Program-made: the position numbers and the translations under genes
Notes under the pieces: generated by a model
Database searches by the model: none
The model's input: only the letters and a program-made list of their open reading frames with translations
What the model was told of the DNA's origin: nothing
From: Eledone cirrhosa
Taxonomy: Eukaryota
Direction: 5' to 3'
Length of the DNA stretch: 64,000 bases
Assembly (NCBI GenBank): GCA_964016885.1
Contig: OZ024740.1
Coordinates: 344,038,001 to 344,102,000 of the forward strand
In this document: in pieces, positions 34,901 through 45,769 of the stretch
Numbering within the stretch: the first letter of the stretch is position 1
Layout of the letters: every line of letters starts with the position of its first letter

Positions 34901-35630
34901 CCACAGTCAATACCACCAACACCACCACAGTCAATACCATCAACACCACCAGTGGTAATACCGCCAACACCACCACAGACAATACCGTCAACACCACCAC
35001 AGTCAATACCACCAACACCACCACCACCAGCACAGTTAACACCACCACAGTCAATACCGTCAACACCACCAGTGGTAATACCGCCAACACCACCACAGAC
35101 AATACCGTCAACACCACCACAGTCAATACTACCAACACCACCACCACCAGCACAGTTAACACCACCACAGTCAATACCGTCAACACCACCACTGGCAATA
35201 CCGCCACCACCACCACCACCACCAGCACAGCTAACACCACCGCTGTCAATACCGTCAACACCACCACTGGCAATACCGCCAACACCACCACCACCAGCAC
35301 AGCTAACACCACCACAGTCAATACCGTCAACACCACCACTGGCAATACCGCCAACACCACCACCACCAGCACAGCTAACACCACCACAGTCAATACCGTC
35401 AACACCACCACAGTCAATACCACCAACACCACCACAGCAACACAGCCAACACCACCACAGTCAATACCGTCAACACCACCACAGTCAATACCACCAACAC
35501 CACCACAGCAACACAGCCAACACCACTACACTCAATACCGTCAACACCACCACAGTCATTACCGCCAACACCACCACCACCAGCATAGCCAACACCACCA
35601 CAGTCAATACCGTCAACACCGCCATAGACC
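4950..35630. repeat. giant 24-bp minisatellite, consensus ACAG(T/A)CAATACCACCAACACCACC, roughly 1250 units
   Basis: Uninterrupted tandem array with two major unit types (GTC and GAC), rarer variants (TAT, ACT, ACACCC, AGA), 12-bp half units at about 27350-31860, 1-bp-deleted units at about 9007 and 12150, and diverged units after about 34940. Confidence 0.99.
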
Positions 35631-36239
35631 TTCCGCCAACACCACAGCCAAACACAACAATAACAACAATCAACTAGAGCACTACCACTATAACCATCAA
35701 TATCATAATCATAATCCTCACAGCATCAACACCACCAACAACGCCATCACCCACACTACCACTACTAACTCCACCACCCACATTACCACTACTAACACCA
35801 CCTCTCACACTACCACCATCCATTCTACCACCAACACTACCATTCATTCCAGCACAAGCCCCAACGCATCCACCCACCACCACTAATAACGTAGATTATC
35901 TCACAATCTCCATCTCTAGTGTGAAGTGACGTATCACTCCTCAACTCACTCGTGTATACAGCTGAGAGAGTATATAAGCACAGCATTCAATGGCACTCTT
36001 TGTAATGTGCTCTTAGGAGAGACGCATTTAATGGCTAACCTAACACTATCTATCCAACTAAGCGTACATTGGAAAATCGGAGAATTTATCTGCATTTGCT
36101 ATAATACATGTGTGTTGAGTAGAGATGTAATTCCTTCTGTTTTATCTTTGATGTTCTACATCCTCTTTCTCTAGTGTTCTTGTTTCCTTGCGTTTCTATA
36201 AAGAACAAATGGTTTGGTTTATTTATATACTCGTAATAT

Positions 36240-36370
36240 AGGCGGTGATTTGTGCGTCAGATAGAATGCTTTGCCGAATTATTCCCGGTTCTTTGCTCTT
36301 TGAGCTCAAATCCCACCAAAGTCGACTTTGTCGTACATTCTTTCGGAGTGCTGATAAGTGAAGTATCAGA
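36240..36370 (+). mobile_element. degenerate tRNA-derived SINE copy
   Basis: GAGCTCAAATCCCACCAAAGTCGACTTTG...CATTCTTTCGGAGTGCTGATAA aligns by eye to the SINE at 43652. Confidence 0.65.
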
Positions 36371-37199
36371 ATCGTGTACAGTAGTTAATTCTCTTCTATC
36401 TCTCACTCTCCATCTCTCTTTCTTTCATACCTTTTCTCTCTCTCACTTGCCATCTCTCTCTCTTTCACTCCCCATCTCTCTCTTTCACTCCACATCTCTC
36501 TCTCACGCTCTCTCTCTCTCTGTCTCTCTCTCTTTCTCTTTCTCTCCCTTTCTCCGTCGTCGTCATTCTCTTTCTCGCTATGATTTCGTTTGGATTTCGG
36601 ATCCTAAATTTAAGCCTCTTCGACACATTTACACACAAGAGAGAGGGCTAGATTTTCTAAATCAGTAGAGCAACGAAGATTCCCAGCGCCTTTTAGTCAC
36701 TTCAGTTTAGGTGCTGAGTTCCAGTCACATTATAATCGACCTTGATTAATCTTGGCTGCTTAAAATAAATTGTTTCTGCCGTGGCCACCAAGTCTTTTCG
36801 TTATGCATCACAAATTTAATGGTACACACTTCCATGTAACAACAGAAGAACTGGGAAAACCACTGACACTCTCTTTTCCTCTGGAACTACCAAGTAAAAC
36901 CCAAAACATAACATTGAAATAATTAGCAGCAAAAGTAAGAGATCCATCCCTTCTGTTTTCTGGGTTAAAATACTGCACGTAGACCTCGTAAGATACTTGG
37001 ATTAACCGAATCCTCTACACCACTTACATTAGAGATTTTCGTCACACCTTAAGTTAAATATATTTAAACTAATGCCTTACCACAATCTAAATGCTAGGAT
37101 AAAAGTAATGGAAGGAAATATGATAGTCAATAGAATTTACCTTAGTGTATTACTGTTTTAAATCATGATAACACAAACCGAACAGACGACAGAATTGGG

Positions 37200-37900
37200 A
37201 CTCTAAATATGAATTGATAAATTAAGCATCGTAAATGAAAGTATTATGTACTCTTATATAATGAATCATCTTTCTAACAAATTTTCATTACTTAGTTACG
37301 AAGATCTCTGATATAGAATTGAAATGTTTTAAAACTATTTTGTACTAGTTTCACTAGAGATATGTTATATACAGGAATAGATGAAACAACGACCTATTAG
37401 TATAGGACTGCCAGAGAAAATAATATAAAACATATTGAGGGGAATATACTATTTCGTTACCAGTGCGAGAGTTTAAGTGGCACGGGGGATAGCTATGCTA
37501 TTGAGTGCCGGCCCAAAGGTTTTATATGATACAGGACATTATAGACACCAATATGAAACTTCAAGAAAATCAAGCAGTACTTGATAACGGGATCTATAGA
37601 TTTCCTAGTAAGCTTGCATATTCAGACAGGATTGTTTGCCTAAGCATCGTATATAGGGTCTTCATCATTTTAGAATGTTACAAAGTAGTAAACTCGATGA
37701 TATGGACAACATGATCGTATATTTGCGGGACGCCAAGAATTTACAACTCATCGGCTCTTAATATATTCTATACACATGACCAGATGTTGAAATACATATT
37801 AAAGTCCGTCCGATGGGCATCCACACAATGTTCAGCCTAAATGCTGAGTTAAAAGACATTGGCCCAAGTAGCTAAGCACCTTATGACAGTGAAACAACTA
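37200..37900 (+). mobile_element. decayed non-LTR retrotransposon RT fragment
   Basis: In RT order: IGLPEKII (about 37402, G-I-P-like), a GVxQGD-like patch (about 37478), LAYSDRIV (about 37614, LAYADD-like) and a YL/G-like patch (about 37720); interrupted by stops. Confidence 0.4.
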
Positions 37901-38313
37901 TCTTAACCATTTTGCCATGTTGCCTTCAGAAACAATGAATTACATTGTACCGAAATATGAGGCAACGTATCAATAACTTGAAATTAGAACGCAAATGAAG
38001 TTGAAGGTACAGAATATACGAATTTCAAATCTGTATATTGCATGGTATTTGTTACTGTGTAGCGCCAGATCTGCCCTGATCTAGCATACCTATGATAAGG
38101 ATGATAAAGTTTGACCAGTCCACCTTTTGGTATATTCAGAAATAATATATCCAATGTGTTATATATTTAAGACAGTATGGTAGGATAAATATATATTTTT
38201 GGATGTGGCCAGTTTGTATTCGTACACATATAGGTGGGTGCATGCGCTTGTGAGTGTGGGTGTATGTGTGTGTTCATATCGATTCAAATCATATCTATAT
38301 TTTGTACACAATT

Positions 38314-38463
<150 letters not shown>

Positions 38464-38677
38464 TAGAAAGGAAGCGATGAAAACCAGGTAGACCATTTGT
38501 CACGACAGTAGTCGATTCTAGTTCTGATAAAGCTGTTGAAACGGCAGGAGCTCAGCCGTTGGGTCCTCACTATTTCACATATATATATACCTGAGTACAG
38601 ACATTCAAATAAGGGTGACCATCAGTTACCGATTTAGCTCAATGAATGAACTAATCAGTTAACTAATTAGTCCAGGG

Positions 38678-38734
<57 letters not shown>

Positions 38735-39370
38735 CTTTTCACAATTTCCTCCGTGTCCGTTTATCTTCTATACTATATTATGTACTTTACTTGATTTATT
38801 CCCTTATTATTCATATTTATCAAATATTATTAGAGTTATCTTCAATGGGGCAACACTATTTTCAAATATAAAATTCCCCAACCCTTCATAAGTTAAACAC
38901 ATGTTGTTCACAAATATATTTATATTGTTTGAGCATTATTTTTTATTTTTCATATATTCGTATAGGTTTTATTTATTTTATTTATTAACCTACAGTTACC
39001 CAGTGTCAAGCATAATCTCCCGTCATTTGACGGGTAACATTCTAGTATATATGTCTAATCCTCTCATCATCCTTGCCTCGGTATAATTCTGTTCGTTTGT
39101 TGGAATTTAGTAGGGTTTGTGACATGCAATATGGCTGATGAGAACGCTTGCTTTAACATAACAAACTTTGATACGAAGTGTAATCAACTGTTTTACATTT
39201 GACGAAATATATTTGACGTTTAACTAAAGTCTAAGCAAAATATTACAGGAATGTAACACCACTCCATCATTGCTGACGTGACACCTAATATAGGAAATTA
39301 TATATATATATATACACACTCACATAAACATGTATGTATGCATACATATATATATATGCATATATTTACA

Positions 39371-39432
<62 letters not shown>

Positions 39433-39582
39433 TATATGTATATATAAATATATATATGTAGGAGGTGAGTTTTATTGTAGCAACAATAAAGCAATGCAAA
39501 TATCGGATAAGTAGCACTCCACAGTTTATAGGACTGGAGTATAAATAATATAAGACCAAACGATGGTTAAAAGAGTTCCAAG

Positions 39583-39653
39583 TATTTTATTATGCGTATT
39601 TCAAAAACAAATATCATCATGGGATGATATTTGCGTTCTCATCAGATAAAATA
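39583..39653 (-). ncRNA. type I hammerhead ribozyme, minus-strand copy
   Basis: Reverse complement reads TATTTTAT-CTGATGA-[stem II]-GAAA-TACGCA-TA-ATAAAATA. Core intact; one change breaks the stem III palindrome. Confidence 0.75.
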
Positions 39654-39742
39654 GGGAAACATGATATGAAGCTTAAAAAACACTTGTGAGCAGTGAAGTT
39701 TTAAATTAACATATGTTTTATAAGTTTCATATCATGTTTCCC

Positions 39743-39813
39743 TATTTTATCTGATGAGAACGCAAATATCATCCCATGATGATATTTGTTTTTGAAATGC
39801 GCATAATAAAATA
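39743..39813 (+). ncRNA. type I hammerhead ribozyme (minimal stem III)
   Basis: Stem I TATTTTAT/ATAAAATA (8 bp), CTGATGA at 39751, long stem II with CAAATATCAT/ATGATATTTG, GAAA at 39794, palindromic TGCGCA, then TA; predicted cleavage after 39805. Confidence 0.85.
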
Positions 39814-40031
39814 CTTGGAACTCTTTTAACCATCTTTTGATCTTATATTATATATATAAATATATATATATATGTATACATAAGAAATAGGATTTCGCTT
39901 CAAGCATAGCTTTATACAATATGTATAAATATTTCGTATCTCCAAAGAAATACGGTTTTAGGAAGTCGTAGCTATGCAAACACCGGGGGGCTAACGCCCT
40001 CTGGTGATGTCTAGCAGAAGCAAGGGGTACA

Positions 40032-40075
40032 ACCGTCTATGATTTTCAGGCTTAACTGGCCTTCGTAAGGACGGT
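40032..40075 (-). ncRNA. degenerate type I hammerhead copy
   Basis: Reverse complement reads ACCGTC-CTTACGA-AGGC CAGTTAA GCCT-GAAA-ATCA-TA-GACGGT; core G5 is mutated and the loop III palindrome is lost. Confidence 0.65.
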
Positions 40076-40266
40076 CCCTCCCACCGCTTGCGACTGCTGG
40101 ACTAGAAGACAGGCGAGAATATATATTTTTCTCGTCTGTGTAAATGAGGTGATTAATCTCATTTGCATATGAAGCTGCATAAGTTGGCTCAACTTATAAT
40201 AAAAAAGAAATAGGATTTCGCTTCAAGCATAGTGTTGCAAGCATAGTGTCGCAAGCGGTAGGAGGG

Positions 40267-40310
40267 ACCGTCCTGACGAAGGCCAGTTAAGCCTGAAATG
40301 CATAGACGGT
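40267..40310 (+). ncRNA. minimal type I hammerhead ribozyme
   Basis: ACCGTC (stem I), CTGACGA, AGGC/CAGTTAA/GCCT (stem-loop II), GAAA, TGCA (palindromic loop III), TA, GACGGT (stem I partner); predicted cleavage after 40304. Confidence 0.9.
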
Positions 40311-40417
40311 TGTCCCCCTTGCTTCTGCTGGACATCACCAGAGGGCGTTAGCCCCCCGGTGTTTACATAGCTACGGCTTCCTAAAACCGTATTTCTTTGG
40401 AGATACGAAATATTTAT

Positions 40418-40507
<90 letters not shown>

Positions 40508-40720
40508 AGGAGAAGAGTTAGGACCCCGACGGCCGGCTGAGCTCCGGCCGTTTCGACAACTACATCCGAACAATATCGAGTACACTGGTGCGACATATAT
40601 ATATATATATAAATATAATAAAATATAAAATATAATATATAATAAAATATATTTGATCACATGAATGTTCATATTTTTAAATATTTTGAATTAATTAATA
40701 TACATAAATATAAATAAATA

Positions 40721-40788
<68 letters not shown>

Positions 40789-41460
40789 TGTGTGTGTATG
40801 TTTGTGTGTGTATACCTGCATTGTGTGAGGTTTGCGAATGTATAAACCCATAAACGATATAATACGATAGTTACAGCTTGATATCGTCCATCTTCTCAAT
40901 ACGTGTCATCTGTGCTGGTCGGTGGCCGTTTTGTTGGGAGGGTTGGAGCATGATTCAGAAGAAGGTGTGGGATTTCTACTAATCCCTGTGCTGTATGAAT
41001 TTAGTGAATAATATATGTATGTTCATGGAATACGTTTACTTGCAACCCATAAAGCTTTGGTTTATTTTATATGTTATTTACATTAATATTAAGGTAAGTG
41101 CTGTTGTTAGATACGTACATGTATGTTAAATTTTTATACATGTGGACTGAGTTCCCAGTTTATTGGCCTCTGGCATAAAGATCCCTCTGTGAGAGCAATT
41201 CTTATTGCATTTGATTGTGTTCGTGGATAACTTTGTATTGGTGTAGATTTGTTTATGTTTTGTATGAACCTGCAAAACTCGTCATGTGAAATCCTGTAAC
41301 ATAAATTGTTGGACTTTGGGAGGGTGATAAAACAAGATGCAGTAAATAGTATGAAATAGAAACTAGACACACAGGGCTAAAGTACTGATTGATGTGAACA
41401 CAAGGCATCATAAAAGAGGTTTCATAATTAAATAAGCACCCGGTTAATAAACTAACTGAG

Positions 41461-41830
41461 CTGGCCAGCCTGAGGTGTGAGCCTCACGAGTTGGAATGGC
41501 TCTTCCAGCGGGTCTCCCTTACCATCCTCCAGGGAAATGCCTTCTCCATTCTATCCGCCGGGGCTGTGTGGCGGCCAGCCCATGGTACCCCATTTGCTCA
41601 TGATACAGAGAGATGGAGGCGATGGCAGTGGGAGTTCGGCTCTTCCACGTTCGGACCATATCCTTGTGGTTGTGTTTATCAAGCCCTACTGCAGTAATGG
41701 GATTGAGTTAATCCTAGTTGGTTGCTTAAGGTTGTTTAAGCAACACTAACAGCAACACTAACGTCATCTCTCTTCCCCCCTCCCCAACTAACTGATTAAT
41801 GAATTAGATAGTTGACTAATAAAAAAAGAA
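41461..41830 (+). mobile_element. 3' end of a CRE-like non-LTR retrotransposon (C-terminus downstream of the RLE domain, plus 3' UTR)
   Basis: Frame from 41461 gives LASLRCEPHELEWLFQRVSLTILQGNAFSIL, resembling the CRE-clade terminal motif (E..FLxQRxSxxxQRGNA). GC-rich island ending near an A-rich run at 41821. Confidence 0.7.
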
Positions 41831-41889
41831 AGCGAAAGAAACACAACTGGTACGTGTGTTATGATGGCCAACATGACCCTACGATGGTA

Positions 41890-42115
41890 TAACACACACA
41901 CACGCGCGCGCGCGCGCATACACATACTTACGCGCAGACACGCATACACATACTTACGCGCGCACACACATACACATACATACGCTCACACACATACACA
42001 CACGCACGCACGTACACACATACATACATACGCTCACCTCCACAAACACAAACAACACACACACGCACACACACATATACACACACACACGCAGACACCC
42101 CCCCACACACACACG

Positions 42116-42147
<32 letters not shown>

Positions 42148-42160
42148 CATATATATTTAC
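41890..42160. repeat. degenerate (CA)n/(CG)n/(CATA)n microsatellite
   Basis: Direct observation. Confidence 0.9.
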
Positions 42161-42806
42161 ATCGAAAAGTTGGCTGATAACGCCTGCCATCATTGACGTT
42201 TATTTGATTTTCCGAATTACTGAGGGTGTCTTTATATCACTTAATGTCATTGGGAATACTTACATTTTCCTTGGCGTGTTGATCAGAAGCATCACGTTAA
42301 TATAACTTAGAAATGAATTACATAGTCATCAGTAATATTTAAACGGTGCGCTCTTGTTATATCCGAAGTTGCGATCTTTGCTGGAAGAAGAAAGTGTAAT
42401 TTGATTAATATATATTTGCACTCGAAACGACGTCTAATTTGGCTTCACTTGAAACTCTATAAAAGGTCAATGTGTGTAAAAAAAAAATTGATTTTTCAAC
42501 TATGATTTTGAAGCAAACAGATTAAAAAAAGATAACATGATTTTCAGCTAAACAATGTGTAGTTTCTATCTAAAATAAGGTAACAATGTAAATGGCATAT
42601 ATATATTTTGTAGACGTTTAATCAACTTCCACTCAGCTGAAGTGAATCCAATTTACGGGTCTATAGAAAACATTAACTTCAGTTTAATTTCAGACTTACC
42701 TCGATGATGACCCGCAGCAGAATAACCCGTTTATCAACCAAGTGTTTTTCAACTGGAAGTGATATTTTTTATCTCTATTATTTTTTTCATTTCCACTCAT
42801 TATATT

Positions 42807-42986
42807 CGGTGGATTGGCAGTATCGGTAGAGAGTTACAGATTACGCATAGAGTTACGGCCCTTGTCATTCTGAGTTCAAATCCCACCGAGGTTAACTTTG
42901 CCTTTCATCCTTATGGGATCGATAAAAAAAGTACCAGTAATACACTGTGTAATTGCTGACCTTGTGCCAAAAGTAGAAACAATTAT
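42807..42986 (+). mobile_element. tRNA-derived SINE (family A)
   Basis: A-box TGGCAGTATCGG, B-box GAGTTCAAATCC, central TTTGCCTTTCATCCTTATGGGATCGATAAAA..GTACCAG, tail GTAGAAACAATTAT; ATTATATT on both sides. Confidence 0.9.
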
Positions 42987-43651
42987 ATTACATTATCAGC
43001 TACCACTGGTTTCACAATCTAACGGATCTATGCAAGCATCAACAAATGGCTGCTCTTTGAACGTATGTCTTTATAAATGGTGGATACATTAATGTACTTG
43101 AGTTCTATGGCAATATGCGAGAATACAGTTGATATGAAGAAATATACACAAGGATAATACTTGTTTCCTGTAAACAACGGATAATTCCCTTATTAAGTTA
43201 CAAACTATTTCTGCACTATTTTTACCCCCCCCCCCCCCCCGCCACTTATATATATATATATATAAATAGTAGAATAATCGAGTATCGAAAAATCGGCGCA
43301 CGAGTTCACAATAAACAAAATTCGAGATGAGCGGCAGAGGGCTCCATAATTCAAATAAATCAGAGCTATAACTATCGTTAAAATACCGTCACACGTAGAA
43401 TATGTCTACAATCAACCAAATAACCGAAAAATTTCGATATGGAAGATTCGGGACACTCAGATAAATTATCAATAAATCAATAAATGAAATGAATACACAC
43501 AATCACACACACATAGGCGCACACAAATAATGATAGGCACCCCTGTGTTAACGTTCATATGTATATATACATATATGTATAGGGTGCATCATATATGTAC
43601 ACGGATGCAGGCATGCATCAATATATACGTACGTACATTATTTTCAAAAAC

Positions 43652-43840
43652 TGGTGGATTGGCAGTATCGTTACAGGGTCGGACGCCATGCTTTGACGCA
43701 TAGAGATACGGCCCTTGCCATTCTGAGTTCAAATCCCACCGAGGTTAACTTTGCCTTTCATCCTTACGTGGTCGATAAAATAAAGTACCAGTAATACAGT
43801 GGGTAATGGCTGGCCTTGTGCCAAAAGTAGAAACAATTAT
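43652..43840 (+). mobile_element. full-length tRNA-derived SINE (family A) with 13-bp TSD
   Basis: A and B boxes present; the central domain resembles the Meta-SINE domain (from memory); ATTATTTTCAAAA at 43637-43649 and 43836-43848. Confidence 0.93.
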
Positions 43841-44573
43841 TTTCAAAACCTTATATTTTGGATTTGTGTGTAAGTTTTGTATCAAATATCTATAAATGAG
43901 CGTAAGGGTTGCATCATTATAAAGAAATTGAAGTCCGAACCTCTTAGATTCTTTGGCGTAGGATTTGGGCCTTTTCTGTATTCTATATCTTATGTTGTGG
44001 GGGGTTTCCAATGCCTTTCAAGGCCAATGCATCTTTAGATTTTTATCTTTGGGTGTATGAAAGACAAAACATGTTAGGAGAAATGTTGCTTCTACAAAAC
44101 CGACATATACTTTATAGTTTACTATCTGGCTGTTTATCGCAAATGACAAGAGTCCGAGGAAATCATTCAAACTCTTGTTCATTTTCGTGGGTGTTTGACA
44201 AGTTCTAGAAAAGATTACTTTTCCAAAGCATTGGAAATCCTGATTCTCAGGCTGCCTCGGAATTTTTAGCACAATTAAAGCATGTTAGTTACCGAATCCA
44301 AATGTTAAGGCAGACAAACATCGTTTAACCCGTAAAAAGATTTTATTTCAAAAGAGTAAATGATTGCCTCACATTTTTCTTAGGGTTATACAATACTGGA
44401 GTCCTGAACCTAAACAATTGTTTGCTTATAATTCTGGTATTCTAAATATACAGATCTAGTTTAACGCTTATATGAAATCTAATAGAAAAGCTTGAGTAAC
44501 ACAAGATTTGTTAAATTAAATATTCGAACATACTCACATATGATGGAGCATCCGTTGGTTTCATTAATGAAAA

Positions 44574-44667
44574 TGACTTTGCCTTTCATCCTAACGGGGT
44601 CGATAAAATAAAGTACCAGTAATGCACTGGGTAATTGCTGGCCTTGTGCCTAAAGTAGAAACAATTA
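44574..44667 (+). mobile_element. 5'-truncated SINE (family A) with TSD
   Basis: Central domain and tail only; ATTAATGAA at 44563 and 44664. Confidence 0.88.
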
Positions 44668-44844
44668 ATGAATGTATAGTTATTTGAATAACAAGAAGCC
44701 TGTTAAATTAGTGATTATTCCATAGACAAATATCAATTGAATGTTATTTCGAAAACAAATCTGTGTGACACACTATATATGATAAGGATTGAATTACAAG
44801 TAAAATTCATACAACAGGCTTGCATGCAATTTACGTCTACCATT

Positions 44845-44965
44845 TACATTCACAAGGCTTGTCTAGATCTTAGGCTATGGTAAAAGATTTGTCCAAGATG
44901 ATCTAAATTGGGAGCGAACCTAGGTCATTTGATTCCGAAACAAACTAGATAATGACTAAATCATG
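44845..44965 (-). mobile_element. possible decayed second SINE family (CORE-like)
   Basis: CACAAGGCTTG..GGCTATGGTAAAAGATTTGTCCAAG..GGGAGCGAACC; the minus strand carries a GGTTCGCTCCC B-box-like motif. Confidence 0.35.
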
Positions 44966-45126
44966 TCCGTGTCCATAACAGTAATACATACCGCTAGGCA
45001 CAGATACACACTCATATATCTATTTAACATTCCATCTGTCTAACTGTCAGCCTCTTTCTCATTTTCTTTCTCTCTCTCTCTGCATATATATTCTATATTC
45101 TATACATATATACACACACACATATA

Positions 45127-45229
<103 letters not shown>

Positions 45230-45638
45230 ATATAACAGCAAGTGTCTCTAAGTGTATGCAAGTAGAACCCTTATATCAAAATATATTTCTTAGATGAAAT
45301 TGAGTATTTCTGTTTTGTGAGGATCTATTCTGTCGGAATGCCATGACTGCATCGAAAGAAGATATATATAGAATTGTTTTCGATTAAATCCTTGCCCATT
45401 GGCAATATTCCATATTGAACGATTTCGAAGTCAAGCATTTCTATCTAAATTGAATCAAGCAAATATAGCATAGAGGACGATTTTTCTGTCCAGAACAATT
45501 TCAGATAAAATATGGCAGCCATTAGATTATTGTAAATAAGTCATACTATTTCAAATATATGTTCATATATGTATATATGTTGGTTCGTTTGTATATAAAT
45601 GTATGTCTGTATAGGCATGTTTATATATAAATATGAAA

Positions 45639-45726
<88 letters not shown>

Positions 45727-45769
45727 TTATATATATATATATATAATTGTGTGTGCACACACACAAGAG

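Larger units (their letters stand above)
39546..39850. mobile_element. fold-back element with about 137-bp inverted arms, each carrying a hammerhead fold
   Basis: 39546-39682 is the reverse complement of 39714-39850 with few mismatches; the right end abuts (TA)n. Confidence 0.85.
39882..40422. mobile_element. fold-back element with about 175-bp inverted arms plus a 28-bp direct repeat; Penelope pseudo-LTR-like or retrozyme-like
   Basis: 39920-40094 is the reverse complement of 40248-40422. AAGAAATAGGATTTCGCTTCAAGCATAG is repeated at 39882 and 40205. Flanked by (TA)n and (CA)n. Confidence 0.85.

Noticed and set aside
4950-34940. Selection for reading frame because most indels are multiples of 3
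   Set aside because: The unit is built from ACC/AAC triplets and two related 12-mers, so slippage naturally gives 3n indels; two 1-bp deletions are also present.
4950-35630. CRISPR-like array
   Set aside because: Units are contiguous with no unique spacers, no cas genes are present, and the context is eukaryotic.
39134-39185. CTGATGAGAACGC, identical to the start of the 39751 hammerhead core
   Set aside because: No paired stem II followed by GAAA and no stem I; a chance match or tiny remnant.
40880-41390. Possible decayed Penelope GIY-YIG end on the minus strand (IKCNKNC patch)
   Set aside because: The YIG motif cannot be recovered without several assumed frameshifts; too weak to call.
43652-43750. 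tRNA gene
   Set aside because: A and B boxes are present but there is no cloverleaf, and the sequence continues into a SINE body flanked by a TSD.
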